64,000 nucleotides of DNA from positions 932,034 through 996,033 of the forward strand of contig NMRA01000094.1 of assembly GCA_002633005.1 (NCBI GenBank). Reading direction: 5' to 3'. Below are positions 12,561 through 25,831 of this stretch, in pieces; the stretch's first letter is position 1; each line of letters starts with the position of its first letter. A model generated the notes under the pieces. That model saw nothing but the letters and a program-made list of their open reading frames with translations, made no database searches and was not told where the DNA came from. This stretch comes from Phoronis australis. Lineage: Eukaryota; Animalia; Phoronida. A program made the translations under genes and the position numbers.

Positions 12561-12987
12561 GTGATGTGCTGACCCAGCGATTGCTGTGTTTTGATCAGTG
12601 GATCGCATTGATTCAGTTGCGTGGTGATGAACCGGGCTGAGTATGCCATTTGACAAGTGCAATCCGGTTTATTTATTTTGTTCATATTGATGTTTTTACT
12701 TGCTGACCTTTACTTTTCCAAGCCAATTCAAACTTCTGTTCGAAACATCGTGGTGAGTTGCATGAATGAGCGGTGAATTAGTGCATTACCGTGAATGGTG
12801 ATGTTGGTGAGTATAAAGTACAATGCACAATTCAGTTGTATGTTGTTAGGATGCACACAATTTCATTGATGTGTTGCCTTGTATTTGCAGCTTGTCAGTA
12901 AATCGTGTGCATGCAATCAGAGTGCATAGTACTGAGAAAAGAGTCCACGTGAACCAGGATCTTATTATTTCAAACTAAATCCTCAAG

Positions 12988-13315
12988 CTGGAGTACACAT
13001 CAGGAAAACGACGTCCTTCTGCGCCTCTTGTGACCACAAGTGATGAGGAAGAGGCTCAGGACGTGACCAGTGATGTTAGTTGTGGTGCAAACACATCGAC
13101 GGATGCAACAAACAGTTCGTTTGAGTATGAGAATGTTAGTTCCCCGTGCAGTTCCACGGCTAGTGGTCCTGTCTATGTTAGGCCGCCGGGATTTACACAT
13201 CACGCACAGGAGATCGTGTGCCGACCAAAAATAAAAAAGAAAAAGACTTTTTTTGATGCCAAAAGCGGACTCAAACGAAGGGAGCCCACCCCTCCAAAAC
13301 ATAAACCTAAAAGGG
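12988..13315 (+). CDS. Uncharacterised protein, first coding exon (putative CUG start; exon probably begins at 12891)
   Basis: Frame is open from 12979 to the donor G|GTGAGT at 13316: (L/M)EYTSGKRRPSAPLVTTSDEEE...SGPVYVRPPGFTHH...PPKHKPKR. There is no in-frame ATG; CTG at 12988 sits in aagCTGg context. Phase 1 matches the exon at 21580. Confidence 0.72.
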
Positions 13316-13318
13316 GTG

Positions 13319-13454
13319 AGTTTATAGTTGTTTATAGTTTATAGTTGTTTATAGTTTATAGTTGTTTATAGTTTATAGTTGTTTATAGTTTATAGTTGTT
13401 TATAGTTTATAGTTGTTTATAGTTTATAGTTGTTTTTAGTTTATAGTTGTTTAG
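13319..13454. repeat. 17-bp tandem repeat starting inside the splice donor, about 8 copies
   Basis: gtgAGTTTATAGTTGTTTAT repeated directly from donor position +4. Confidence 0.93.
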
Positions 13455-16400
13455 CTGAGAAGTGGTTGTCATGATGGTGATGATGTGCATAGCTGATATT
13501 CTCTTTATTTTGTTATGACTTTTGTGATACCATTGTTTTTATGGTTATTGTGTATTTGAAGCAGCTGTAAACCGACCTTCACAACTTTTGATTTAAAACA
13601 CTTCGTTGTGAAATTTGTCTCCAGTTGGACATGTTTCAAGGCTCTGTTGCAGCCCAAACTGAAACCTGCGCCAAACAGATTTGGGGGCACTTCAATTTAG
13701 TGTGGGTTGGTCAGGGTACTGAGCCAAACTGATACCTACAACAAGTGAAGCTACTGTAAGTTCCCAAATTACTGCCACTGGTATATAGGTTTTTTTAACC
13801 GTTATCAGAACAGAAATTGATAACAATAAGTGCGGAGTATTGGCTAATAATAGTTTCTCAGGACACTTCCCCGCTTGATTAGTGCATATGTCCTGGATAC
13901 GTGAGCACTCACTCGGTTCTGATAAGCGTTAAAAAGATCCATAAACCACTTTCAGTAATTTGGGAACTTGCAGTAGCTTCAGTTTGGTACAGGCATCAGT
14001 TTGGGCTGCAACAGCTCCACCAGAACTGCTTGATGCCAGGCTTGACAAGTCGGCTTGTCAAAATGAGTCATTTTATGGGTCCCGAGCAAAGTCACTTCGA
14101 GATAAGCCGAACTGTCAAATTTTTTTCCGAACCCAGAAATTACTTAATTCTTAATAAGGAAGTTGATACTTAGACTTTTGTAGTGCAGTAAGTTGTCTAA
14201 ATCAAAAGTTAGCTTCTTGGACGGAATGCAGGTTTATAGCTAGCTGCTTCAAGGGTTTTGTTTTGCTGAATATCTAGGGATGAAATTCTTGATTGAGATT
14301 TGTACTTCTTTGTTGGGTTATTAATTCTGACCATTTGCTATTGATTAGCAGTGAATTGGTTGTCCAGTATTCGTATTGATTGAAGTCTGCAAATCTTAGG
14401 ACTGTACGTATCAAAATGAATTTACTTCCACTTTCTATCATTAGGGAACAAAACTTGGTACCTTACCAGTTACATAATCATCTAGTCCTAATTAGCAGGT
14501 CAACTATGGTTAATAAGTATTGATTTATATGGTGGTCATCATTGGGGAATTTCAGACATTTCATTCATGGGATAGAAATTGAGCTCACAACATTAGACAC
14601 GTAAACATTGATCTATTTGTAAGTACAGTAGAGATAATTGACTGAGCTTGCTAAGATACCTGATAAAATAACTGCTGAATTATCAATCTTACATGTAGTC
14701 GTAGGTGATGTAAAAAGTATGTTCACACCCCGAAGTTTGAGGATGTCAGTTTCACATTTCATGCTGCATTTGGCTAGTACAAAAGTATATTGGGACCCCA
14801 GGGCACAGAATTTGTCGAAGTGAGAACTGTTGACTAGTATATAAGAAACTGGCCACATAATTAATCAAGATGACAACAGTTGAAAAGTATATTTTTGGTA
14901 GTTAGGCACAAAATTTGGCGATGGTGAGAATTGTTGAAAAGTATATTGGTTTTCCCTACTTAAACTGTGTCACCGATAGTGTTGCACGATAATAGCTATT
15001 CTGTGAATCTGTGGTAGTTGTCTAGTTTGTAAGAATTTAGCTTTTATACTTTATTGTAAAAATGGAATTAAGTGTGTTAATATTGTTTGAAGCCTCAGGG
15101 ATGACACTGCATTAAGTTGAGAGGTACTATTTCAGTTGCCTCTTTTACACAACTCATTTATTTGTTACTAGTCCACCAGGCATTGTTGACACTTCCTAGA
15201 AGATTCATGTGTGAACTATGAGTGAATTGTTTGAGGGTTCCCCCAAGACATTCACATTCAAAGTTCATTATCACAAATTGTTCTATCACGTTTGCCTGTT
15301 TAGCACGGCATTATGCAGCATGCATGATTGGCTTGGACAGGTGTCACTATTCTCCAGCTGATTTTTTATTAGTAATTTCTCCAAATCATTTTTGTTGACC
15401 AGGAATTTGTTTGTTATATGTGTGTGGAGGTGACTTGCATAGAGTAGTTGAGACATATGTAAACAATATGACTTGTTAGTAAATGTGTTAAAGAATGCAC
15501 TGTATCATTAATGCACTCTATTCAATTTATATTGATTAAACATGGTTGCTTGAACTGTACACTTGACTGTTGCTATTGGCGACCAGGTATATTAACGCAA
15601 AAGTGCTAAGTGGCAGACCGACCTAGCAACCTGGTGATGAAGAAATATGCGACTTTTTCTCACAAATATCACTTTTTCTTTACTGTCCATTTTTAGGCTT
15701 TTTTATTGCCAATGATCTTACAGAAATAATTGTTATATACAAAATCATATTTAGTGTTTAATGCCCTGAAGGTGTAGTGTCATGCGTGACATTCAAAAAT
15801 GATAGAGTTCAAGAAAACATTTCGTATTTGCCTTGCCTCGTCTGTTCTCAGCTGGACACATTTAAGTATGGTCATTTTAGTCATCATACCGCGGTACACA
15901 ACTTTTAGTGTTATTGCACAGTTGTGGATTTTTCTATTTTACTTTAAAAGTCAACAAAATTTTTCTTTCCCCTCTGGATACATCCTCATCAGTAACTTTT
16001 CACCTGTAGGCGTTTCCAAATTCGTATGGGTACTTATAAGTAAAAACAAATAGGATAATAAAAGATCCTCACTGTTAATTAGTCTTATTTCAAGTTTATC
16101 TTGGATGGAATTCATCTTCATTTTGCGTTCATGATTTCGCAAGGTGGCAAAAACTGGCATTTTATAGATTTCTCTGGATTATCTTGTAACAAATGATGAC
16201 ATATTCTGTATCAGAACCAACATATGTTGACCTAATGTTGACACTAGAAACTTTTATATTAGCAAGAGATATCTGTTGCTCTCAAGCTTAGCACATCGCC
16301 AAGTCGCCAAATGAAATATGTTCTGTTAACATGCAAAGATAAGCAACTGTTGTGTAACAAACTTATTTGATTTCAAAATGTGATGCTAAGCCAGTTTGAT

Positions 16401-16879
16401 TTCACTTTCAGTGATTTAATCCCTGTCACTCCAAATTTGCTTAGCTGAGGTGATATCAGTAATGATAGTATCTCATAGGCTACACAACATAACACTCTCG
16501 GCCATTTCTCATAGTAAATAAGGCCATTAGCTTAGATTTGCAAAATGGATGCCATTCAAAGTGATTGGAAGGTTCTTCAGAGTGGACTCATGGAAGTAAG
16601 TGGAACATATACGGTAGATAGTAGTCCGATATAACGTTCCCGAATTTTGAGAGCTATTTTTCTCTACTGAATACGGGTAGAGGGCTTCAAACTGCTTCTC
16701 AAAATATTTGCACATATCCGTCTGTTGCAACTAACTGGCCAGTAAACCTGTAACACCAGTTTCTAACTTTTGGCGGGAATATAATGGTTACATTTTCTTT
16801 TATATATATGTTCTAATGTTGAATGTTTGAACACAACACAAACGTGTTGGGCAATTAATATTGTTGTAAGGTGTTTCGT

Positions 16880-17069
16880 CCATATTAATGGTTCAGTGCT
16901 CAATAGAAAGTTCTTATGAGTTATGGCTTGTAGTGGTGTTTAGCCCATATTAATGGTTCAGTGTTCAATAGAAAGTTCTTATGAGTTATGGCTTGTAGTG
17001 GTGTTTAGCCCATATTAATGGTTCAGTGTTCAATAGAAAGTTCTTATGAGTTATGGCTTGTAGTGGTGT
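16880..17069. repeat. 65-bp tandem repeat, about 3 copies
   Basis: Unit ccatattaatggttcagtgttcaatagaaagttcttatgagttatggcttgtagtggtgtttagc. Confidence 0.92.
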
Positions 17070-18619
17070 GACGCCTGCCTAATGCTGTGTAGAGCCTACT
17101 TTGAAAAATATTTAGTATTCTTAATCTGGTTTATTAGTTTCGGTTTAAATCATTTATAAGGTAGAGTTGTATACACATATGTAGAGTAGTATACTTTGTA
17201 TACACATATGTAGAGTAGCACACTTTGCATCCTGTGAAATTCTTGCACTATTCTTACTTTGGACAATCACTGCTAGTTAAAGTTGTGCCTTGCTTTGTTT
17301 AGTTGCCTAAAAACCAAACTGTTCTCTCGTAAAATGAATCTCAAAATGTTCCTCTCTGTGATATCATAGTATTTCCATTACCCACAAGAACATCAAAACC
17401 ATTAGGGACTAGAGAATAGGCTTCAAAGTTTAGTGGTGTTGGCCCACCCTGAAATTGCGTATTGCAAAATGACACATGTACTCATTGCCTGTGGCTTGAG
17501 TTGCTTGACATTAGACACTAACTCAAGATTGGATGAATGTGATAATGTTTAAACAATAAAGTGATTTGGTTGAGAATTCAGCATTGCCAGCTAGACAAGT
17601 GTACATTGCAACTTTAATCAAACATTTGCAAAAGCCTTGTAAAAATAGAAAAAGAGTCTTTATTTTGTAAAAATAGAAAAAAGAGTTTTTATTTTTGCAA
17701 TCTGGCATCATAGTGACGTTTTCTGACTTTTGTCTGTCATGGTAATGTCATGGTAACAGTGTGGTGTAAAGACCGCGTTGCTCACAAATAAAACATCTTT
17801 GCAAGCCACTTTCTTCTAAAAAGGTTCTTGGGATTGTACCACATAGCTTGCGTCAACACCGGCATTATTTCCATCAGGGAAGTGTATTTCCCCAAACTAC
17901 ACACTACAGCTTTATAACTATTTTGCTGTAGTAGCTGAGGAGATAAAATGAAACCTTAGATTGATTTACTACTTTTGTTTACCAGTGCATGACTAACATG
18001 AAAAAAGTTTTAATTACCCTATGTGTCTTTCCTTTGTGATGGAGCACAAACCGATAGTCATGTGAAGGTGTTGTGACAACAGACATCTTCTGTTTGCAGA
18101 AATGTGTGTGAATTATTATCAACCTTTGGTAGTGTATTGATGTTCTTAGTGATTGTGTACAATAGGACTCTAGAGTAAATGGCCTGACATAAACTGATGA
18201 ACAATAACTTTGGCTAGTATTTATTTGTTGTTGCCAGGCAAATAATTCTTTAAATGTATCTATGATTAGTAGGTCGAAAATAAGGTAAAATAAGAATGAA
18301 GCAGTTTATTAGCCAAAAATAACACCTCAGTGTGAGCTCCAGTTGAGACCATGATTATATAAACCATAGAGTAGAAGTTGTAATTTGCCTCAGGATACGT
18401 ATTTCAAGAGTCAATTTTTGACCGTTGCAAAATTAAATCAAAAGCGTTGCTCAATATCAAGGTACCTAAACTACACGGTCAACGGACTCATAAACATGGG
18501 CACGGATGCATGAACACGACTCACGGACCTGCAAACACCGTCCACTGTCTCACAAACACGGGAACGGACCGCCAAACACGGGTCACGGACTCATCGGCTT
18601 CCTGGGTCAGCTGACATCT

Positions 18620-20800
18620 TCATTTTGTCTGTAAACCAATTTTCGTCTAATTCGCCCAAAATTCGCAGATAACTTGTAGACCCAAATGTCCTGGAAGCCT
18701 ATTGTTTTTGGTCATGATCAAATTCAAAATGGCGGAGGTGGCAGCCATTTTGTTTCCGACTTCAGAGTCAAATGATCATAGAGGCCACAATTTTTGAAAA
18801 TCGGCTTAAATATAAACCTATACCAGTGCTACGACGAAGTTAGAAATCATTTACTTCCAGTCAAAGATGGCGGAAATATCTGCAGTTGCGCACCTCGAAT
18901 TTGGGCAAAAATCGTTTTTTTTCTGTAGAGGGCGCATTATAGGACCAATTGCTTTGAAATTTTTCAGGAATGAGTTTCCTACGACGGGCTAATATTCAAT
19001 GCTAAGTTGCTTCCAAGATGGCGGATCTGGCGCATGTTGTCCCAGTTTCAGTCGTGCTTGAGTGCTTTTTTAAACTGGAAGAGAAAATAACGTGAAATTT
19101 TGCACGTGGATTCTCTAAAGTATACTCTTTCAAATGAACTGTAACAATTGTTTTCTCAGACTTTTCGTTTTTGAGTTATTTGACTTTGAATTTCAAAAAA
19201 ACCATAAATTTTCAATTTTTTCGAAAAGTTTTCGGAATTTCGCAAAACTACTATGTTAGATAGAGGTTTGAACAGGCTATCATATTTTTCATTTTTCGCT
19301 TAAGGATGTTGGTTTAGCTTCTATTGAACAAGACTGTAGTATATTTCTTACTGATTTATGACATCTAAGTTCGTCATATGAATGTTATGTTGTTCATCAT
19401 CGCCACCGTCATCATATTCGTCATCTTCGCCATCATCTCCGTCGTCGTCTTTTCACCAAGTGTCGATCAAGTGAGTGTATCCTATTACTGATTTCTGACC
19501 TCTACGTTCGTCATATGAATGTTATCTATACTTGTATTGTTCATCATCGCCACCATCATCGTCATATCCGTCATCTTCGTAATCTTCTCTGTCGTGGTCT
19601 TTTGTGTTAATTTCACCAAGTTCCCCTTCTCGGAGTGCTTTCATTTTTTTGTTTGTTCGCACTCTACTGGTCGCATTTTTCGGCCGATTTCCACGAAATT
19701 TACTCACAACCTCTAGTTCCAGAATTCCTGGAAGCCTATTGCTTTTCGTCATGGTCGGATCCAAGATGGCAAACTTGGTGGCCATTTTATTTTCAATTTT
19801 GGATTCAAATGCTCATAAGAGTCCGTACTTTTGTATGTACATGGCTAAAAATCAGCAAGTTTACTGTACTACACGTGTGCTCTGGGTGTGCTGAAATTTT
19901 TTAACTTCCCATCAAAGATGGCGGAAATATTGGCAATTGCGCATGCGCACCTCGATTTCGGGCTTAAAAATGTTTTCTCTTGTAGAGGGTGCAAAATTCA
20001 TAGCACCAATGGCTTTGAAATTTTTCATGTATCAGTTTTCTATAACAGGCTATTATTCAGTGCTAAAGAACCGGAAGTTGCTTTCAAGATGACGGATCTG
20101 GCGCATGTTGACCTATTTTCAGTCGTTCTAGGGTGCCATTTTAAACGGAAAAGGAAAGTGACATGAATTTTTGCATGTGGATTCTCTGAGGTATACTCTT
20201 CCAAATCTTCTGTAACAATTTTTTTCTCAGACTTCATTTTTAAGTTATTTGACTTTGAATTTCAAAAAAATTCACAAAGTTTCAATTTTTTGAAAAATCC
20301 ACGGAATTTTGTGAAACTGACGCTTTAGATAGTGTTTTCAACGTGCTTTCAGAGGATATTTTTTATTTTTCATTACGACGTCTACTTTTTAATTATTTGA
20401 GATTTTCTGATAGCGCTGTTCCTAAATGTTGACTGGTCTTTCTGCGGATGTTGGTTTAGCTTCTATTGAACAAGACAGTAGCCTATTTCTTACTGATTTC
20501 TGATATCTTCGCTAGTCATATGAATGTTATCGTGTAGTTTATAATCCCCACTATCATCATCATAATCATCGTCATCTTCATCGTTGTCGTCATCTCCATC
20601 GTCGGCTGTTCAGTTAACTTTGCCAATTATCACTCAAGACTATAGCCTATTTTTTACATCTTCGCTTGTCATATGAATGTCATTGTTTTGTTCATACTCG
20701 CCACCTTCATCATCATAACCGTCATCGTCGTCATCATCTCCTTCGTCGTCTTTTTGGTTAATTTCGCCAAGTGTCGCTCCTCCGAGCGCTCTCGTTTTTA
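18620..20800 (+). mobile_element. Two head-to-tail copies of a non-autonomous Helentron/HINE (DINE-1-like) element
   Basis: Two diverged units of about 1.0-1.2 kb (junction about 19640) share cctggaagcctattg...aagatggcgg blocks. They end in ttcgccaagt plus a small hairpin cgctc-ctcc-gagcg and a T run. They are the reverse complement of 51120-52318. Confidence 0.62.
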
Positions 20801-21579
20801 GATGTAACAAGTAACTCTATAAATAATGATGACTCATTGCTCATTTAGTTCCAAATGGGCTTTATATACAACCACTCAACAAAACAAATCATATGGCGGA
20901 TTTTACTAGGCCTTTGAGCTTTCTGTGTAAAAAGGTATTAAATCAAAATAATGTACACATGCCTATAATTTCCTTTTCACAATTTTCTTTTTGACCTTGT
21001 TTGGCTATTTTACTATTGTACAATGACCTAGCATCTAGCTGAGCTCAATGCTACTATGGGTGGGGGGGGGGGCTTCATTGTACAGTGACCTAACTGCTAA
21101 CTGAGCTCAATGGTGCTGTCAGGGGGCTTCATCGTACAATGACAAACAGCTAGGTGAGGGGAGGGGGTTGGGTGACTAAGGGGGTAAAATTGGTAGGGCA
21201 GTAAGAATTGGTGGCAACCAAAGGGGTAAAGCTATTTCATTTAACCCCCCCTGGAATAGCCTTGTTACGCTTTTGTTCGTGTACTGTGTTTGCTGTAGTC
21301 TAGGCACGATTTTGTGAGTTGGGAAAAAGTAGCTTTCAAATGTGTAAGTGTTTTATGTGTCCGTGCGCCATGGCGATAGGAGAGCTGTAATTGTAGTCGT
21401 TTTAGATCAACATGACAGCAACTCCCCGCGTTCGTGATACTGAGGTGAATATGTTTCAGTTTATGGGGCAGGCCTTCAAGCCATGTTTACAAATGAAAAT
21501 TTTTGTTCATTAAAATGATAGCTGAGATGTTTTTCGCTTTATATTAGACCTAAATGAACATTTTGAATTTCCATTACAG

Positions 21580-21717
21580 AAAGCATTCCAATGCGCCAGC
21601 GTGCACTACCACAGTCATTCTGGCAACAACCTAACATAGTTCATAATGCTCCCCCTGGTGACTGCGTCTCTGTATTGCCACCATTGTCAAACAAGGATAC
21701 TCATGATGAACTAATGG
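21580..21717 (+). CDS. Uncharacterised protein, exon with YAP/FAM181-like omega-loop motif
   Basis: Acceptor ccattacAG ending 21579, donor G|GTGAGT at 21718. (E)SIPMRQRALPQSFWQQPNIVHNAPPGDCVSVLPPLSNKDTHDELM. Confidence 0.85.
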
Positions 21718-21719
21718 GT

Positions 21720-22029
21720 GAGTATTGTTATACATTAGACAGAGTATTGTTCTACATTAGACAGAGTATTGTTATACATTAGACAGAGTATTGTTCTACA
21801 TTAGACAGAGTATTGTTATACATTAGACAGAGTATTGTTATACATTAGACAGAGTATTGTTCTACATTAGACAGAGTATTGTTATACATTAGACAGAGTA
21901 TTGTTATACATTAGACAGAGTATTGTTATACATTAGACAGAGTATTGTTATACATTAGACAGAGTATTGTTATACATTAGACAGAGTATTGTTATACATT
22001 AGACAGAGTATTGTTCTACATTAGACAGA
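21720..22029. repeat. 22-bp minisatellite, about 14 copies, starting inside the splice donor
   Basis: Unit gagtattgttatacattagaca starts at donor position +3 (gtGAGTATTG...). Confidence 0.96.
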
Positions 22030-23725
22030 AGTGTCTTCAAATGCATTCAGGCTTGTCTTCTGGATCATTTTGCAGTTCGTTGATTTTTAAATGCGAGGTA
22101 TGGATGTATCTGATTTTGTTTTTTGGTTTTTGGTGAATGTACTGCATGTTTAATTTTGAAAGATGTTCAGAAACTTAAATTTACATAAGACTTGGTTTTG
22201 TATATATCTCTGTCTTAGAGTAATTCTTTGATATCTTCTTCTGCAGTACTGTAGTCTTCTGGGTTAATGCCCACGTTCATCTCCAGTTAACTGGTGCCCA
22301 TCACCTTGAGAACGTTCATCTTCAGTTAATATATTCCTGACTGGTGCCCACCACGTTCATCTTCAGTTAATATATTCCTGACTCAGGTGTGCACCACGTT
22401 CATCTCCAGTTATAATATTCCTGACTGGTGTCCATCACTTTGACAATGTTCATCTATGGTGCTTATCACATTAAAAGTAAGAACCTCGAGTTTTCCTGTC
22501 TATCTTAAAAATAGTTCCTTGACTTACTATCATGAAATTTGGCAAACAATAATTTTTTCATAATTCGATGCCGCCTTCTTGTTTTGGGATGGATGCAGTG
22601 TATTTTGCACCACCCAGGGGGTATTTTCACTGTTTTTTACTCTTTGACATCCACTAATGCGCCTGATGCTTGGCTGATAATTTTTATTAAAAAGAAAGTG
22701 TTACCTTTCTATCTTTGGATAGATTTGATGTGTTGTATGCCACCTTATGGCCATTTTGACTATTTCGAGTTTTGACACTCGCCTCTATCAGAAAAACCCT
22801 TCTACAAGATCATTATGACAATTTAGTGGTATATGTTCCTTAACTGGGAATAATGCATGGTACTGTGGTATCCCCTAAAGACAGTTTTCTTTTTTGGGTT
22901 GGTTTCTTCAATCCCTTGCTGGACTTTCTAGTTTGTGAGATTTGACAACTAAAGTGTTATAATTTCTATGAATGTGACAACAGAGTCATGATGAATTTTG
23001 GATGGATTCGATTGCTGTTGTGGTCTTTAAAATAGACGGGCAGTTTGCTGTCCTCTGTATCTTTGGGGGAGTTCCTTCATGAAATTCTATATAATTTGAC
23101 CAATAGATTTTTAATAAAGCCTGTTACACTTTTTGAATTTCAGATGATGCTACATATTCAGCGCCGCCTAGTGACCATATTTATTATTTTTGTGCTTTGT
23201 GTTTGGCGTCTGCTTTTCTATCGGCCAAACTACTCTTAGGATCATTATCATGTGTTGCTGCTGCTGGAAAGTATATACATCTGCAGTTCAGTTTTTTTAA
23301 CGGTCAGATCAACATCTACCATGTTCTTTGGTGGATCTTCATCAAATTCGTCTGTGTTTCAAGTGAGGAGAGTTCACCTAATGTGGCGTTGCTCCTTTTT
23401 ATGACATATTTTAGATGATCATCCCTTGCACTGCGCTGTATGCAATGCACACAGTGGGCAGTGATTGACTTTCTTCATTGCTCTGGTTTTTTTGTGACTG
23501 AAACTTTCTAGCCAGATATATGTGCGGGCAGATCTTATATTTGAAGTTATATACCTGAGTATCAATTTCCTTCGTTGCTGTAGTTTTCAAAATTGCAGGA
23601 AAGACTTATAAAACTGAACTGTGTTTACATTCACTTTCTGTAACATTTTTTTCTTTCTTGTGCTTGCATTGAGTTGAAGTAACATCTGTCAATAATGTTT
23701 TGACTGCTGTCACTCATCACTGCAG

Positions 23726-23924
23726 CCATCCGTCCAGTCACACCGCCTCAGGAGAAGGACTGTAAAGAAACTGAGCTGAAGAAGCCTTCTGCACCTAGGA
23801 CTATTGACAGGAAGCTAACAGTGTCCAGACACAGTGATGAAATGATGAACCGACTATTTAGTCAGGTTCAACAAGAGGAGCTGAGGAAACAGCAGTCCCT
23901 TCCAACACAGCTGAGGAGAGGAAG
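23726..23924 (+). CDS. Uncharacterised protein, internal exon
   Basis: Acceptor cactgcAG ending 23725, donor AG|GTGAGT at 23925. (A)IRPVTPPQEKDCKETELKKPSAPRTIDRKLTVSRHSDEMMNRLFSQVQQEELRKQQSLPTQLRRG; phases 1 and 2 match both neighbours. Not in the supplied ORF track. Confidence 0.85.
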
Positions 23925-24744
23925 GTGAGTGGCTGACTTGTTTGCATATATCATTCACTTCACTCAAAAATTCTTACCGTAAATTGAAATTCTGTTATTG
24001 ATACACTTAAATGGACAAAAAAATTCATTATAATTTGTCTATACAATTAATTCTCTCTGATTAACTAAATTTAGCACTTCCTGACTAACATTACAAACCG
24101 TAAACTTTAGAAATTATAAAAATGGAAATTTTAGCAATTGCTTTTGTCTAAAGTTGAAGACTTTTTACTGTAGTTGTGTTGGTAAAGCCATAATGAAATG
24201 CTTCCCTGAATTCAATTTAGTGACTGACAAAAAATTTGATGCACTAACCTTGTAAAAAGCGTATGCTATATATTCCTGGTCGGGACACTGGAATGTTGAC
24301 AGCAATTTGCTAGAAATCTTAACTGCTGAGAAAGACCATTCAACCACTCCGACATTTAGGCCTACAGTCAGAAACAAAATTGTTGGCATCAAAACAATTA
24401 GTTGCGTGATTTCTGTGATCGAAATATGGAGTACAAATTGAATTTAACGTTTTAATTTTCTCTACTGCAATTAAAATTGCACTTATTGACAGTGTGGTAC
24501 GGGTTAATAGCCCTGGACACCAAAATTTTTCCATCTCAAAATGGAGTGACTTTAGTACCTTAACCTAATTTTTTAAGAAATTGAAGATCAGTGCACTTAT
24601 CCAGACTTATCTGCTTAGAATAAGATTCAGATTCAGTGAATCAATTTTAAGCTTTTATTGGCTGTTCAGATTTTGCAACTCCCAACAATGGAATAGCCTC
24701 GAGTCCTGTCAAAAATGTAAGCCAGTTGGCCTGATGGCTCGATC

Positions 24745-25078
24745 CTGCGGTGCACCGACAATTAGCCCGATGCCTGCTGCGGTGCACCGACAGTTAGCAT
24801 CATGCCTCCTGGAGTGCACCAACGGTTAGCCTGATGCCTCCTGCAGTGCACCAACAGTTAGCCTGATGCCTCCTGCAGTGCACTGATAGTTAGCATCATG
24901 CCTCCTGCAGTGCACCGACAGTTAGCCTGATGCCTCTTGCGGTGCACCGACAGTTAGCCTGATGCCTCCTGCAGTGCACCGACAGTTAGCCTGATGCCTC
25001 CTGCAGTGCACTGACTGTTAGCATCATGCCTCCTGCAGTGCACCGACAGTTAGCCTCATGCATTCTGCGGTGCACCAG
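24745..25078. repeat. 32-bp minisatellite, about 10 copies
   Basis: Unit gcagtgcaccgacagttagcctgatgcctcct. Confidence 0.93.
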
Positions 25079-25831
25079 ATGTGCTTTGGCCACAAGGCTG
25101 GCCCATTGCACTAATCACATGATTAGGACGCATGAGGACCCCCAGCATGGATTTCTTCATGGATAATGTCCTTAAATCTGTTCATTTTCCTCAGGAAGAT
25201 GGAAATACTGTTAAACCAGAATGATTGTGTGATTTCTTCCAGATGGGTTATGTGAGAGTAGTGCTTGGAAATGTTTCCTTTCATTGTCTGCACATGGAGC
25301 ATTTGTTTCATGCATCTTCAAACAGTTTAAGCATGCGCAAAGTACAAGACATATTGTTCCTGTTCATTAGTGAATGTATAACTTTTGTTCCATGTGCGGT
25401 CGTATTAAGAGATGCAGTTCAGTAATTGATGCTAAATATTTGTGCCTATGGTGAATCAATGTATGACTGTGAATATTAATATTGTCTCCCAAGTTTATGA
25501 AATGTGCTGGTCTGCATATGTGCAGGAATTGTTTTATTTTTCACAAGCATTTGATTTTTATGCAAATGTATATAATAAAAATAGTAATGATAGCAATAGT
25601 AATATTTCGTCAATGCAGAGCCTCTCAAAACAAAGCTCCAAGAAACAAAAAAAAATCATTTTGAAAAGAAAGAACACAATAGCCTAAAAAATAGTATCTG
25701 TAATGTTTTCAATTGTTCAATGAATTCTTGTAAAGTTTATTTTGTAGTAGTTCCTAGTTTGCAATCATTCTTAATGAAAATGTCACTGTTGCAATCATTC
25801 TTAATGAAAATGTCATTGCTATCTATTCTAG

